Shown here: piece by piece, positions 28,055 to 41,300 of the stretch | Layout of the letters: every line of letters starts with the position of its first letter | How positions within the stretch are numbered: position 1 is the stretch's first letter | NCBI GenBank assembly: GCA_965235115.1 | Contig: OZ249436.1 | Coordinates: forward strand, 48,920,001-48,984,000 | DNA length: 64,000 bases | Direction of reading: 5' to 3' | Source: Laetmonice hystrix | Lineage: Eukaryota | Made by a program: the position numbers and the translations under genes | The notes under the pieces: model-generated | Database searches by the model: none | The model's input: the letters and a program-made list of their open reading frames with translations, nothing else | Told to the model about the DNA's origin: nothing

Positions 28055-29414
28055 CCTCCATCCCTCCCTCTCTGCCACCTTCCAAATATCAAAATGCCTC
28101 AACTTGGAACAGAAAATTGTTCCTAACGTAATAAAGGCCAGATTTACATGGGTCCACGGTGTTTGGGGACGAACCCGCAACCTGATGGGCCGCAGTATAA
28201 CCATATTACCCCGTTCAGCACTGATGTCTTCCTGTTCGGTTTGCTGATGACGGTTTTCAACCAGTTGGTTCTTCTTTGGCCATTATCGCCCGTCCTGCCT
28301 GCCGGGAAGGACCACAATCTGGTTCCCTGCTGGGCGGGAAGGCCGCTGAATTGTAAATTCATTGTATCTGAGAAACGGGTCAGGAAGAGCCTGCCTTTTC
28401 CACTTTACCACCTCCCTTTTTTAGGACCAGAAATCTCATTATTGTATACCGATAATCTTCGTGAAAACACTATGCAGCCTTGTCTTCCCGAAGAGAAATA
28501 ATGGTCAATATTGCTTCGTCTTTAAAATAAAAGTCACATGAATAATCTTCCCCGTGCGGAAACCTGAACAGGGTCCTATCGGCCAATACTAGTCAGTGTT
28601 GTCGGATGCGGTGTGTGTGTGTGTGTGGGGGGGGGGGGGGTGCTCCCCCAACCACCACCCCCCCCCCCCCCCCCGATTCATGGCTCCCGCAGTTCTCTCC
28701 ATTTCACCACTGCTCTTGGAACAGGGCCTAGCGCCCCCCCCCCCCTCCATTGGAATCATGATTGTGGATTGTCAGGGGTTGGAAGAGTGAGAGAGTCCAT
28801 AACATCATGCAATGATCGGTTTGAGTGGGCGAACAAGTCGTGACAACACTTTTCCGTTTATTTGATCAAACGAATTCACAAAGGTATAATCTAGTGAACC
28901 TTGATTGCCTATTTCGAAGCTAGGCTCAGCAATCTGAGAAAGTTAGCAGAAGGCGTGTTTGTTCCCTTACAGATCGAAGTGTATGCAATTATTGTTTCTT
29001 TGCTCAATACCAACGGCCAGACATTCTGCCTAAAACTTCACCCAACAATTAAGAAATCAGTGAAACTATGTTGAATCCAATTGTTTCAAGCTTGTTACTA
29101 CGAGAGACGTTCTACATTGTTTCAATCTATCACTTGTACAAAAACACATATATGGGCCGACTAAGCAAAATCTGGGCGCTTTTATTGGAACACAACAAGC
29201 GCGACGAGGCTCTACAAAGCGCGACTGGTTGAAACCAACTTAGCCAAAAGCAGAATTGGGAGGCCCCAAGTTGTCAACTTTCCTGCAAGCCAAAATCAAC
29301 ATTATCTGACGTTCGAAAGTAACGGAATTTTCAGCAGATTTTATGAATGTATAGGTCTAGGCTTGTGAGCAAGTGCCTCCAAATAAAATACCCTGTGGGC
29401 ATGAAATACCAGAG

Positions 29415-30605
29415 TTAGACGAAGGTGCTTTCGTCCCGTTCATGGACGTGGTTTGACGACCGAGGATTTCGACTCCGCGAACCAGATGACTTCCCGCTGA
29501 CACTTGTCGCGACCTTTGACCCTGCTGGCGTTCCGGAAGGAGTTAGTCCCCTTCCCGCGCATCCAAGGGCCTTCTGAAATCCCCTTCGGAAATTCTCAGA
29601 CAGAAACGCATAAATAATCGGGTTGACAGACGAGTTGGCATACGAAAAGATGTGCGCCAATATCCGTGCGTAATAAAACGCATAAGTTCGTTTCCATGTG
29701 GACCGGAAGAAGTTGGTCCAAACCCAGATCACGTGTGACGGAAGCCAGCAGACGAAGAACGCCGCAATAACGAAGATCACGAGCAGTGTGACCTTTCGTT
29801 TGACCTTTAGAGACTCGGCCATGCGCGGACCTTCCGGATCGGGCAGTATCCACAGTTGTCGTACCATAAGCGCACTTAGAGCCGAAATAACTAGCAATGG
29901 AACAATATAAGCAAAAAGAAACAATAACAAGAAATACGTTGAGCGATATTTCCGATATGCCCCCCAGCTATCGGCACAGATGGCGACTGGAGGAAGAAAT
30001 CGGTTGGTGTAGATTCTAACAGTGTAGACAATCGGCCACGGTAGAGCCAGACAGACAGCCGTCAGCCAAATAACAACGCTCACAATGAGCGCCATTTTTG
30101 GCGTCCGTAAATGTTTTGTTTTCAATGGACGAGTAACGGCCATGTATCTGTCTATCGCCATAGCAACCAGGGTGAGTATACTGGCTAGCATGCTGGCATA
30201 CTGCACAAGATGGATCACTTTACACATGAACTCGCCGAAAGGCCAGCCGGGTACGGTGTGTATGACGGCGTGGAACGGGACGCAGAACACAAGGAACAGA
30301 AGATCTGCGGCCGCCAAGTTAACAATGAACAAATTAGTCGTGTTCCGGAAGTAGGTTTTGTTTCTAAGGACGACGGTGATGACGAGGCTGTTTCCGAAGC
30401 AGCCGGCGATGACGATGAGAGAGAATATGACAGGGATTATAATCCGCTCAGATCCTGGGATACAGCAGGGTGGGGTGGAAGGAGGGCGGGGTGTACCTGA
30501 TACCCCTGACGTGTTTCTCCATCCTCCGGGGCTGTCAGTGGTGAGGGTCAGTTCCCACGATACGTTGGTAAATCCAACAGTCATCGTCTTCAGAAGGCCC
30601 GTCAT
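29415..30605 (-). CDS. Class A (rhodopsin-like) neuropeptide GPCR, galanin/allatostatin-A receptor family; single coding exon, 396 aa
   Basis: 7TM motifs GNSLV, NLAAADLLFLVFCVPF, MAIDRY, CWLP and SYANSSVNPIIYAFLSENFR (the last is typical of galanin-type receptors). Acceptor tttcccccag immediately upstream (exon starts 30625, ATG at 30605), so the 29 extra N-terminal residues in the ORF track are intronic/UTR. A probable 5'UTR-exon donor (GTAAGT, minus strand) lies at ~31406-31411. Confidence 0.9.
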   Translation of the reverse strand: MTGLLKTMTVGFTNVSWELTLTTDSPGGWRNTSGVSGTPRPPSTPPCCIPGSERIIIPVIFSLIVIAGCFGNSLVITVVLRNKTYFRNTTNLFIVNLAAADLLFLVFCVPFHAVIHTVPGWPFGEFMCKVIHLVQYASMLASILTLVAMAIDRYMAVTRPLKTKHLRTPKMALIVSVVIWLTAVCLALPWPIVYTVRIYTNRFLPPVAICADSWGAYRKYRSTYFLLLFLFAYIVPLLVISALSALMVRQLWILPDPEGPRMAESLKVKRKVTLLVIFVIAAFFVCWLPSHVIWVWTNFFRSTWKRTYAFYYARILAHIFSYANSSVNPIIYAFLSENFRRGFQKALGCAGRGLTPSGTPAGSKVATSVSGKSSGSRSRNPRSSNHVHERDESTFV

Positions 30606-32370
30606 CAGTCCGCACTTTATAGGAGCTGGGGGAAATAACAATAGAGACAAATTAAAAGAAAAAATAAATAAATTAGAGAAAAGGTAGTTCACAAAATCTG
30701 TTCTTATATTATATTTCTGTAACTATAGCACATCATGCACGTTTGCTATAGCAGGATATTGGCGTGGAAATTAATGCTAATCTTTGGCCATAAAGAAATA
30801 TACATTATACATGTACTCAAAAATTATGGATATAGATAGAAGTACATATCTCTACCCTGCACAGGCATCAGACTTAACAACTTTGAAAATATACTGAAGC
30901 TGAAATTATATAGAACCCTATTGCATGGAATCGGACCCCGGCCCTATGATGCCTACACGCATAGGTCTGTATAATTCAGTACATCGGTTGATGAAACCGT
31001 TTATGAGCAGAATTCTTATGCCAAAGTAAAACTCATTGCACCCTACCAGCAGAAACTATACTCCCGAGTCAAACAAACGACGCCTTATGGACCTATAGTG
31101 CTACATAAAATAACCCCCCCCCCCCAAAAAAAAATATATATACATAGATATTTCATATTTGTGGGATCCGACAAAGCAGACGGTTGTCATATGACTCTGA
31201 TTTACCTCGATAGAGAACCTTAAATTAAAATTAATATCCGCGTCCCAACGTTACACTTCCTATATATAGATCTACGCTGTCAAAACTTCGTACAATTTGT
31301 CACTTGAATCACCACGTTTTGATATATTAGACACCATTGCATTGACAGGTGGAACCATATAATCCTAGATATTCCTCGCGTTGATATAGTCACTGTTGAT
31401 CGTGAACTTACCTTCGAGTGTTAGGGTTGACTACACGTTTCCCCCATTGTCCTTTGGTTAATCAAACCTCCACACTAGTTCAGTGTGTCAGGCATACCAT
31501 GTTACTCCCGCGGGTTGAGGCCAGTCTCTTCACGAAGCCGTTCTCCGACTGAACTGCCCATTCAGTAAACTAGAAGGGACTACCCCGACTTTCCCGGTGG
31601 GCGTCCACCGGGTTGCGCCCCCTGCGAATAACTATGCCGCATCAAATTGTTGCATGTGGCGCAAATTGAAGCGGGAAATCGGATCTGTTAGGAAATCGGC
31701 GCACGACCGGTGGGTGTTCAAACTGAACACCCCGCACAGGCAGGTCAGCATCCCTTTACCAAATCAGCGTGTGTGGTAGCGTGTTTGTGTGGACTGCCTT
31801 CTCGCCCCAGCTGGGAGGTTGCGTGTACAACTTTGGTTCCTGATGGATTCCCACCCAGATTTGTTTGTCGATCCAAACAAAGGTCAATGAACGCTTTCCG
31901 AAGGTTGCCACTGACTCGAACAAAGGTTCATTTCTACCGGCGTACGAAGAAATTAAAGAAGGGTTGAAATGTCTGTTCCAAAGGAATCCATTCTCTGAAT
32001 TACCTTTCCGAGCTTGGTTATCCAGCGATTCCTTCACTTGGCATCCAAACAAAACCTCACCGTCCTTACGACTTGTAGTAAAGCTCCTGCATTTCTTAGG
32101 GTACCTGTTCCCTCGGAATAGCTCTTGAAATACACGTATATCTCGTAAGAAATACACAACCATGCATGAATCTCATTTTTTAACTTTAAAATGTTAGTCT
32201 CTGGGCACCTATAATGTAATTGTAATATCACAAGTAATTATACACTACATGGACCCTATTCCCTACACCAGTTCTAATGTTGTTACATGCAATAGGGGCC
32301 TACATTAATAGAAGCTATAGTTAGGCCCAGTCCGCCGGCGATTACCGCAGTAGGCATACGTGAGCAGGCG

Positions 32371-32751
32371 GCTGAGGACGATGTCCCAGGTGATACCTAG
32401 CGATTGGTTCTAGCTGATTGGTCCTAGCGATTGGTCCTAGCTGAGGACGATGTCCCACGTGATACCTAGCGATTGGTTCTAGCTGATTGGTCTTAGCGAT
32501 TGGTCCTAGCTGAGGACGATGTCCCACGTGATACCTAGCGATTGGTTCTAGCTGATTGGTCTTAGCGATTGGTCCTAGCTGAGGACGATGTCCCACGTGA
32601 TACCTAGCGATTGGTTCTAGCTGATTGGTCCTAGCGATTGGTCCTAGCTGAGGACGATGTCCCAGGTGATACCTAGCGATTGGTTCTAGCTGATTGGTCC
32701 TAGCGATTGGTCCTAGCTGAGGACGTTGTCCCAGGTGATACCTAGCGATTG
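32371..32751. repeat. 69-bp tandem repeat, ~5.5 copies, ATTGG-rich
   Basis: Period 69 (32371 vs 32440); three GATTGG per unit. Confidence 0.93.
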
Positions 32752-33190
32752 CTTCTTACAACTCCAAGACGTCCGTACACTCCTGGGTCCCGTATGCCCA
32801 CCGTACTCTCCATCACCGACACCCTGGAACCATTCACCAACCAACCACCCCACCTGTCAGACTCGATCCCATCCCCGCCACAACAACTCACGCCCAGCCC
32901 CTAAATATATATCAGTAATGACCCAGCCCTGACGGTAAGTAGGCAGTTGGTATGCTTGATTAAAGACCACAACATAGTTCCAAGGGTTCCTCCTTGAACA
33001 TACCGGTGTCGAAATCAACAACCTCACTCTCTCCTGCCCTCCCGCCGTTCTGGGACGATAATATCGTACGGTGTCCCATGAGAACAAGTTTAAAGTTACG
33101 TATAGGCTTGCCAACAACCACAAGGTATAACCCAAGATAGCAAATGTCAGTATGCAGTGGCCCGACTATAGTATGGATTTAGCGCAGTCT

Positions 33191-33297
33191 GGGGTGCGTT
33201 TCACAACCTGTCGTTAGCTTGTCGTATCGTTAACATTATTTGTTTTCGATTGGGTTTTAACGCACGACAGGATAACGATGGTTGTGAAACGCACCCC
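33191..33297. mobile_element. Short palindromic MITE
   Basis: Perfect 18-bp TIRs GGGGTGCGTTTCACAACC / GGTTGTGAAACGCACCCC. Confidence 0.75.
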
Positions 33298-34351
33298 TCG
33301 ATCCGTTACTGCAGAATGTATTACACAATTTACTTTGGAGGGTATCTCTATTATCTATCCGTCTCAAAATATTTAATCTTGCTCCGAAGTTTGTCAATAA
33401 CCAAATTGCCCGTGGCTGTGGCGGTCGAGCAATATCAAGGTTTTGAAAAAAAATCTCTACCAGATCTAAACTCTGACTCTGTACTCCTACGCCACCGTAA
33501 AAACCAACTCCGTCTCACAGCAGCCATGTTAAGTCAGGTGTAGAAACGTGCCACCAGGCGGCGCCTCGGGAATGTGGCTTCACGCCTTCTGGCGTGTTCA
33601 TGACAAACATCGGCTGCTAGGCTGTACGTTCCATCCATCCGGGATGTCTAGACGTGATCTCAAACTAGAAAACCGCCAGGGGATGAATGAAAAAAGGTAT
33701 TCAAGTCTACTTTATTTTATGGAGGCAACCGTTAATAACGTTGAGCATAGTAAGACAAGGAGGTTTCACACATAATCTTTAGTCTGGTTAGGCCTAGAAT
33801 CTAGGCCTACTGTCTCGCGTAGAAACTTTTTAAGGGCAGAGAAAAGGACCGGCAAGACATCAGGCTTTAACACCCAATCAACTTCCAGAATGTTCTACAG
33901 CAGATTATTGTCTAGCACCTGGATTCGAACCCCGGTCCCACGATTACTACACCCATTCACATAGGTATAAAAGCCCAAAGCAAATTTAGCCACCGCCACT
34001 TTCGTGAAGTAAGGTTTGGTGGTGCAAGCTCGTTTTCCGAATCGGGCTTGTTTGGAAATCACGCTGAGGTAACAAAAGCTAGGCCCCAAAAACCTCCCAA
34101 GTTATTATAATCAAATCTATTGAAGCTTTTAATAATGCTATATACAAGGAACCAGAAAATAATCATTATATTATTATAGCGATAGCTTAATTATCCCTCT
34201 TCTATTAAGCGGGGATTTTGTACATTGTTACGACAAACACGAAATAAAGACATCAGAACATTTTCACAGGCAATAAATTAAATAGCCGCATTCACGGATA
34301 TAATGTGGATCCTCGATGTATAGAAGGTGTTAACATAAGTCCTGCCGCGTG

Positions 34352-34716
34352 AGCCGGTATGGTCCGTATTGGCCGGTATGGTCCGTATAGGCCGGTATGG
34401 TCCGTTTTGGCCGGTATGGTCCGTATAGGCCGGTATGGTCCGTATAGGCCGGTATGGTCCGTATTGGCCGGTATGGTCCGTATAGGCCGGTATGGTCCGT
34501 ATAGGCCGGTATGGTCCGTATTGGCCGGTATGGTCCGTATAGGCCGGTATGGTCCGTTTTGGCCGGTATGGTCCGTATAGGCCGGTATGGTCCGTTTTGG
34601 CCGGTATGGCCCGTCGGTATGGTCGGAATTGGCCTGTATGGTCCGTTTTGGCCGGTATGGTTCGTCGGTATGGTCTGTAGGCCGGTATGGTCCGTAGGCC
34701 GGTATGGTCCGTAGGC
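34352..34716. repeat. 19-bp tandem repeat
   Basis: About 19 copies of GGCCGGTATGGTCCGTATA variants. Confidence 0.93.
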
Positions 34717-35134
34717 CCACACTCCATACAGGCCCGTATCGAAAATTGATTATAGGGCCTACTTCTATATCAAGCTATCATAACGAGAGCAAGTTGTTGT
34801 CAGAATCTTTCGGCCCGGAGTGTGTGTTTGTCTGGGGGGATACCTTATGCCGGACCGCGTAGACTTCCACTAATATCTCGATCTCTCATACACCTTGCCA
34901 AGTTGAATTCTCCAGAGGCCATACGTCCCGTTTCACGCGATCTCAAGACGGCCATTAGCACACAAACTTCACTGTGACCGGCATGCAATATTAGCAATCA
35001 CCCGGCCTTCCCTCCATTGGTACCTTTATAAGGTTATTGTCTGGGCTCCATTTGTCAAAATTATGTAAGTTCTCCCTTAAACCTAAGCTTGAACTGAATG
35101 CTTCTAACTGGTTGGTGTAAACAGACTAGCCAAT

Positions 35135-35272
35135 CAGGGCCCAGTTCGTAAAAACTTAAGATCTTGGTTAAGCTTAAGCTTAACGCTTCTGATTGGCTGG
35201 TCTAAGCAGACCAGCCAATCAGAAGCGTTAAGCTTAAGCTTAAGCAAGTAATTTACTTTTGAAAAACTGGGA
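35135..35272. mobile_element. Palindromic MITE downstream of the chitinase stop codon
   Basis: Perfect 36-bp arms 35168-35203 / 35208-35243; CCCAGTT...AACTGGG ends; a decayed copy lies at ~35085-35135. Confidence 0.75.
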
Positions 35273-35311
35273 ATTGTAGATTCTTTATAAAAAAAATTTA
35301 AAAAGCTAGGC

Positions 35312-38300
35312 TCATGGTGGGCCGCTGGTGTCGCTCTCTGTTGGTCTGTGCGCCTGATGGCATCCAGCGACGTTCTGCGGCCACTCACACTGCAGTCTGA
35401 CCGGGTCGAAGGCCAGGCCGGCCGGACACTGGAACTCATAGAGCAGCGGGCCCTTACAGTGGTAGAATATGCTGCAGTCATGGATGTTTCGAACGTATCC
35501 GCTGGCTGGGCACGGCTTATTGAAAAGTGCTGAAATAAAAAGGTGATCAGTCTGAGTAATACAAACGAAATCAGGTAAAAGGTGATCAGTCTGAGTAATA
35601 CAAACGAAATCAGGTAAAAGGTGACCAGTCTGAGTAATACAAACTAAATCATGGAAAAGGTGACCAGTCTGAGTAATACAAACGAAATCAGGTAAAAGGT
35701 GACCAGTCTGAGTAATACAAACTAAATCATGGAAAAGGTGACCAGTCTGAGTAATACAAACTAAATCATGGAAAAGGTGACCAGTCTGAGTAATACAAAC
35801 TAAATCATGTAAAAGGTGACCAGTCTGAGTAATACAAACTAAATCATGTAAAAGGTGACCAGTCTGAGTAATACAAACGAAATCATGGAAAAGGTGACCA
35901 GTCTGAGTAATACAAACTAAATCATGTAAAAGGTGACCAGTCTGAGTAATACAAACTAAATCATGTAAAAGGTGACCAGTCTGAGTAATACAAACTGAAT
36001 CATGTAAAAGGTGATCAGTCTGAGTAATACAAACTAAATCATGTAAAAGGTGACCAGTCTGAGTAATACAAACTAAATCATGTAAAAGGTGACCAGTCTG
36101 AGTAATACAAACTAAATCATGTAAAAGGTGACCAGTCTGAGTAATACAAACTAAATCATGTAAAAGGTGACCAGTCTGAGTAATACAAACGAAATCATGT
36201 AAAAGGTGACCAGTCTGAGTAATACAAACTAAATCATGTAAAAGGTGACCAGTCTGAGTAATACAAACTAAATCATGTAAAAGGTGACCAGTCTGAGTAA
36301 TACAAACGAAATCATGTAAAAGGTGACCAGTCTGAGTAACACAAACTAAATCATGTAAAAGGTGACCAGTCTGAGTAATACAAACGAAATCATGGAAAAG
36401 GTGACCAGTCTGAGTAATACAAACGAAATCATGGAAAAGGTGACCAGTCTGAGTAATACAAACAAAATCATGTAAAAGGTGACCAGTCTAAGCAATAGGC
36501 CTACGAACGAAATCATGCAAAACGAATGGAAAGTAACATGGGAGCTAACTGCAGTCGCCATGGGTCTGAAAAACATTAATTCCGTCGTTATTTTGAAAGT
36601 TTATGAACGTATATTTATTTACCTATTTATAATAAATGGAATATTGCCAATATATAAAAGAGATTAGCCTAAGTGTAGTCCGAGGAACTAACGGTCTGAC
36701 AAAAGCCTTTCCTTCTCACCCGATGCGACATGACCGACCATCCTGAAGTTTGGAGTGGCCACGTCATGCTGTTTGTACAGCGTCTCACTTCCCAAACTTC
36801 TCGAAACTTCCTCCCCGTCATCGGCCCGATCTAAAAACTGTGACGTGGTACACTCGGGTACGTTATCATGGTGATCACAGGCGTTACGTCGCCAGTTAAA
36901 GACCTCACCATGGCGGCAGTACGTAATGAGGAGATGACCATCGACACACTGGTAGAACCGGGAACAATCGTGGGGGTCATAGTACAGTCGGTCTGTCTCA
37001 CACTTCTCACCCACTGAAAACGGAAAGAACTACAACATTACAACAACACTTCAAAATAGACAAATCTCTTCCATGACCAAGGCTGAAGGTCATAATCTTC
37101 CATGTACTGGGAAGGTAGTTTGATTTGGGTGGGACAGACTAAATCTTTGACCTCTTCAAAGTCAACAGTTGACCTCTGGAGTATCTCCTTATCTCCAAAA
37201 TGATGACCATTAATATGACATTAGTTTATGGACAGCACAGATTTAACAATGCCATAATGACGATAACCATGTGCCCGTTAATCATAGGTGTAGACTGAAG
37301 AGGACGTACATGTGACTGTTAACTTGGTGGTGTCGGCGAAGTGTCGGTAGCCATCATACGGAGACTTAGCAGAGTTCTGCTCGACTGGCCTCTGGTGGAC
37401 CAATTCCTGGGTCCGCCTCAGTTCGTCCCTGACTGCGCCATCTTTAAAGTTGACGTCACGTCTTTGATTAAGACCGCGGTCATACTTTGGACTCAAGGGC
37501 ATTTCGTTGATAGCGCCGCCTGGTGGCGGTTTTATGGATCTCCCGTCGATGTGAGACTGCAGGGCGGGGCTTGGGGCGAAGTGGACGTCACCGTCGTAAC
37601 ATTCGGGAACGTTCGGCGGAGAGTCACACTCTCCGCTCTGCTCGTTGTACACGAGATTCTCGCGACACGTGATCTGTAACACCTCGAGATTTGACGAGCA
37701 CCGGAAGAACTTCTGACAGTCCTCGGGGTCAGCGAACAGGCCAGCTCTTTTACAGGTGAAGATGGCTTCCTGGCCTGTCAGGGCAACAGTACAACAGTAA
37801 ATAACGGTCACTGATAGGCTCTCAGTGGGTTGAATGCCACTGTAGACTGCATGGCCTGCGTTTGACAAGATACATGTTCAAAGGTCCTTGAGGAACCATA
37901 AGAGTCTACCGGAGAAAAGCTTCGACGTATCTTACTAAGGCGTATAACAATAAATATTTTTAAAACAGTTTTAATTAGGGCAATTGCCTATCGAACCCCC
38001 TTTCTGCATAAAACCTCGAGGGGCCTATAATGTTCGGAGAATAAATGTCTCACCATTGTTTCTGCTGACTGAGCTGAGATCTGGACTTGTATCGGTGTCA
38101 GTTATGTAACGCCAGAGCCTCATTCCATCGGATGACTTGCTGTCGTCTGGTCTGCGTCCAGTTTCTGGAATATCAAAAGTTGTCGTTGTTGTCTCTACGA
38201 GTCTGTCAGGATGTGAGTCGTAGTTTGCCGGGGACTTCCCCGGGCGCTCTCTCTCGTATTCCCCTGTCCACCTCTCAGTGTCCCCTATCTTCTGGATCTC

Positions 38301-41300
38301 GCCTCCATTTTTCGAACTCGCATCGTGGCTTACAGCGTTGGTATTGGGAACCCCGGTCAATTTGGTGTCCTCATTCCGGAAGTCGGTGTCTTTCTCACGG
38401 TGCTGGACCTCATCACGGTGCCGGACCTCCTCACGGTGCCGGACCTCCTCACGGTGCCGGACCTCCTCACGGTGCCGGACCTCCTCACGGTGCCGGACCT
38501 TCTCACGGTGCCGAGTGCTGTATAGAGGTCCCTCCAGGTGGCGCCTGCGGTCCTCTCCACTGGTACGGTTGTTGTCAGGGTTAGCAGCCTGCCGACCTTG
38601 CGGTTGTTGGTAATACTGGTACACCAAGGGTAGGCCGGCATAGTGTGGAGCTTCCACTTGGTAAGTGAAACACTCGGGTACCTTCTGTATGTGTTCACAT
38701 GCCTGGCTCTGGCTGCTGAATACCAGGTTGTCCGTACATCGGAGAGCCTTGGCAACTCCCCCCGTACATTCGAACAGTAAGTGACAATCGTACGGGTGTC
38801 CAAAGAAACCATCGTCAGGACAAACAAATCCTGGCAAAGACAGACGTTCATAAGTCAAGAAATGCGAGGCGTACTAACTAGGCTCCTACAGCTAAGTGGT
38901 AGTTTGGGATAGACTTGACTTTCTAGACGGCGAATAGAGGAGAATAAACTTGGGAACAATGAACCAAAAAAATTGAGAAGGCAGAAAAGCATGCGATGAA
39001 CTGAAGACAAAATATTACCTGACAAAACAGGAAAGATTGAGAATCCAATAAACTCAAAAGAAAACACAAGAGATATTTCCAGCGCCGTGATAATATTTCC
39101 ACCTATATTTCTACTAGGTTTACATCGATTCTTTCTATGTGTTAACTGTTTATTAACGACCCTTTTAACTATTCAAGGGGCATACTATGAAACACGTTTT
39201 TGAGGATTTCCGGCAATTATCCAACATGACCGTGTACTAGGGATCCAAGTAAATAATCCTACCACAGCATTTTGTCCTCCGACGTGTTTTCGCTGCGTAT
39301 GCAGCACAAGTAGGTTCTATACGACCAAACCTATAGATTTCTCCCGATAGCACATCTCCCGCCATAATTTGGCGGACAACCTCCCATCAACCCGTGTAAT
39401 TGCATACTGTGTCACATCCTGTGTGTGCACTCTCTGCATGTGCTTAGTCACGGCTTTGCTTAGTTGTAAACAATTCAGCAGGGGCACTCGATCGCCCGGC
39501 ATCAGAATGCCACCCAAAAAATATTTTACGAAATCGGCAGAGAAGCGGACAAGGGAGCTTAATAAACTTCGATTTCTCACGCAAAATGAAACTGATAAGT
39601 CTGTCTTTGTTTACCAAGCAATTTTAATGAAGGATCTCTTTATGAAAACTGCAAAAGTTCTATGAAATACCGATTTTTAACATTTCCTCATAATATGCCC
39701 CTTTCAGACAGTGACAACTTGACGCACCTATGACGCTGACGTCAGACGCCGCCATCATACCAGGTCTGTGTGTCGGGAAGGCCGAGGTTGTTGCTGGTGG
39801 GTGTGTCGGAGGCACCTGAAGGGCCGGTGTGTCCTGGCTGCCAGGTTCTCTCTCCTCATTGGTCGCTTCCCTTTCACTGGTAGTGACGTCATTTGTGGCA
39901 GCCGAACCTCCTGGTTTCCGACACGAAGGGACGAATGCCTTCCAGTCGCAGGCACGGAGGTCGGACCGGAAACCAAGACCGTCGACGCAGCGCATGCGCC
40001 TCGACTCTCCGTTCCAGCATTTGAAGAAGAAGGAACAGTCGGCTGGATCTTCATGGAAACTATCTTCTGAGCAGACGACGGGCGAACCTGCATGTAAACA
40101 GTATTATAATCGAGGCATCCACATCCAGAACCTTATGGCGGTCTTTTCTAATTCACCTTTTATTGAAACAGCAGTAGATGTATTTTCCTGTGATTTAAGT
40201 CAGCGTTGACGCATGGGTCGTGGGTCTATAGGTACTCCCGCATTATATTATCTGCTTTACCAAGTGGAGACCGATGCCGATTAAGTGGAAATACCGAAAT
40301 TAAAAGACAAATTTATGTGCAAAATATAGTCATTGGGGTTTCAATATCTCCTTTATATCGGAATGTGATGGAATTCAGGGTAACGTGGAAGGATAAGTAC
40401 GGGTACCTTGGTCTTTATTCTCTTCAACACTCTTGGATTGTCGGCTGGCCTGATGCTCCGAAACTGAAGGATATTTTCGGTCCGTTTGAAGGGAATCTGC
40501 CGACCTGAATCGTCAAGCGAAAACACTTAATTCTCAAACTAGTCTCAGCGGCGTATCCAGGATTGGTCGGGGGGTCTAAAAGATTGGGGGGGGGGGAATC
40601 TAAAAGTTGCAGTTGATCAAATTTTAAAGTTATCATGTTATTGCCAGGGCGAGAGGGGAGGGTTCCAGGCCACCTAACCGCCCCCTCCCCTCCCCGATAC
40701 GCCTCTGAGTGTAAAGATAACCGATTGTTGATGTTGCTGTAGGAGAAACGGTAATATCGTAAAAAAACTTCACTTTTAATAACATTTTATTTAAACCTTT
40801 TTCCACTGAAACTTTTCGGACACCCTGTATAACTTTTAATAGCATTTTATTTAAACGTTTTCCCACTGCACAGTAACTTTTCGGACACCCTGTATAATAA
40901 GTTCACGGCAATGTCACGCCAGGGTCATTAACCGGCAAATAAACCAAAACACGCACACCAGTCATCATCTCCATAAGGTGATCGACAAATTAAAGCACCG
41001 TCATCCATCTAGGAAATATTATTATATTAAAACTCAATCGAAGCGGTCTTTCACAGCTGGACGACTCCTCATCCACAGCGGTAAACCACACCTTTCATCC
41101 TATTTATTACGGACGCGATTACTGATTGGGAATGGCGTCCGAACACCAATGTCTGATCTCTAAATACATTGACCTCTGAATTAGTTTCGTTTGTAAACTG
41201 AAGACGTGAAACATCTAAAACGATTGCATGTTGCTTAGAAATATTCATTCCGATCAAATCAAATTCATGAAAGTCACTGATTGCTCTACCTGCGTGGCCT

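Noticed and set aside
27731..28247. ER/SL-rich ORFs (also 18514-18810, 20403-20666, 26373-26558)
   Set aside because: Translations of (GA)n/(CT)n microsatellites.
32371..32751. Hammerhead ribozyme/retrozyme (CTGAGGA in each unit)
   Set aside because: No GAAA after a stem II and no compatible stems I/III.
33915..33960. tRNA gene (minus-strand B-box GGTTCGAATCC; similar at ~13440)
   Set aside because: No cloverleaf or A-box; at most a decayed tRNA-derived SINE fragment.
40405..40505. Extra chitinase exon (open frame GRQIPFKRTENILQ...)
   Set aside because: The obvious donor gives phase 0, incompatible with the phase-1 downstream exon; left out pending RNA data.
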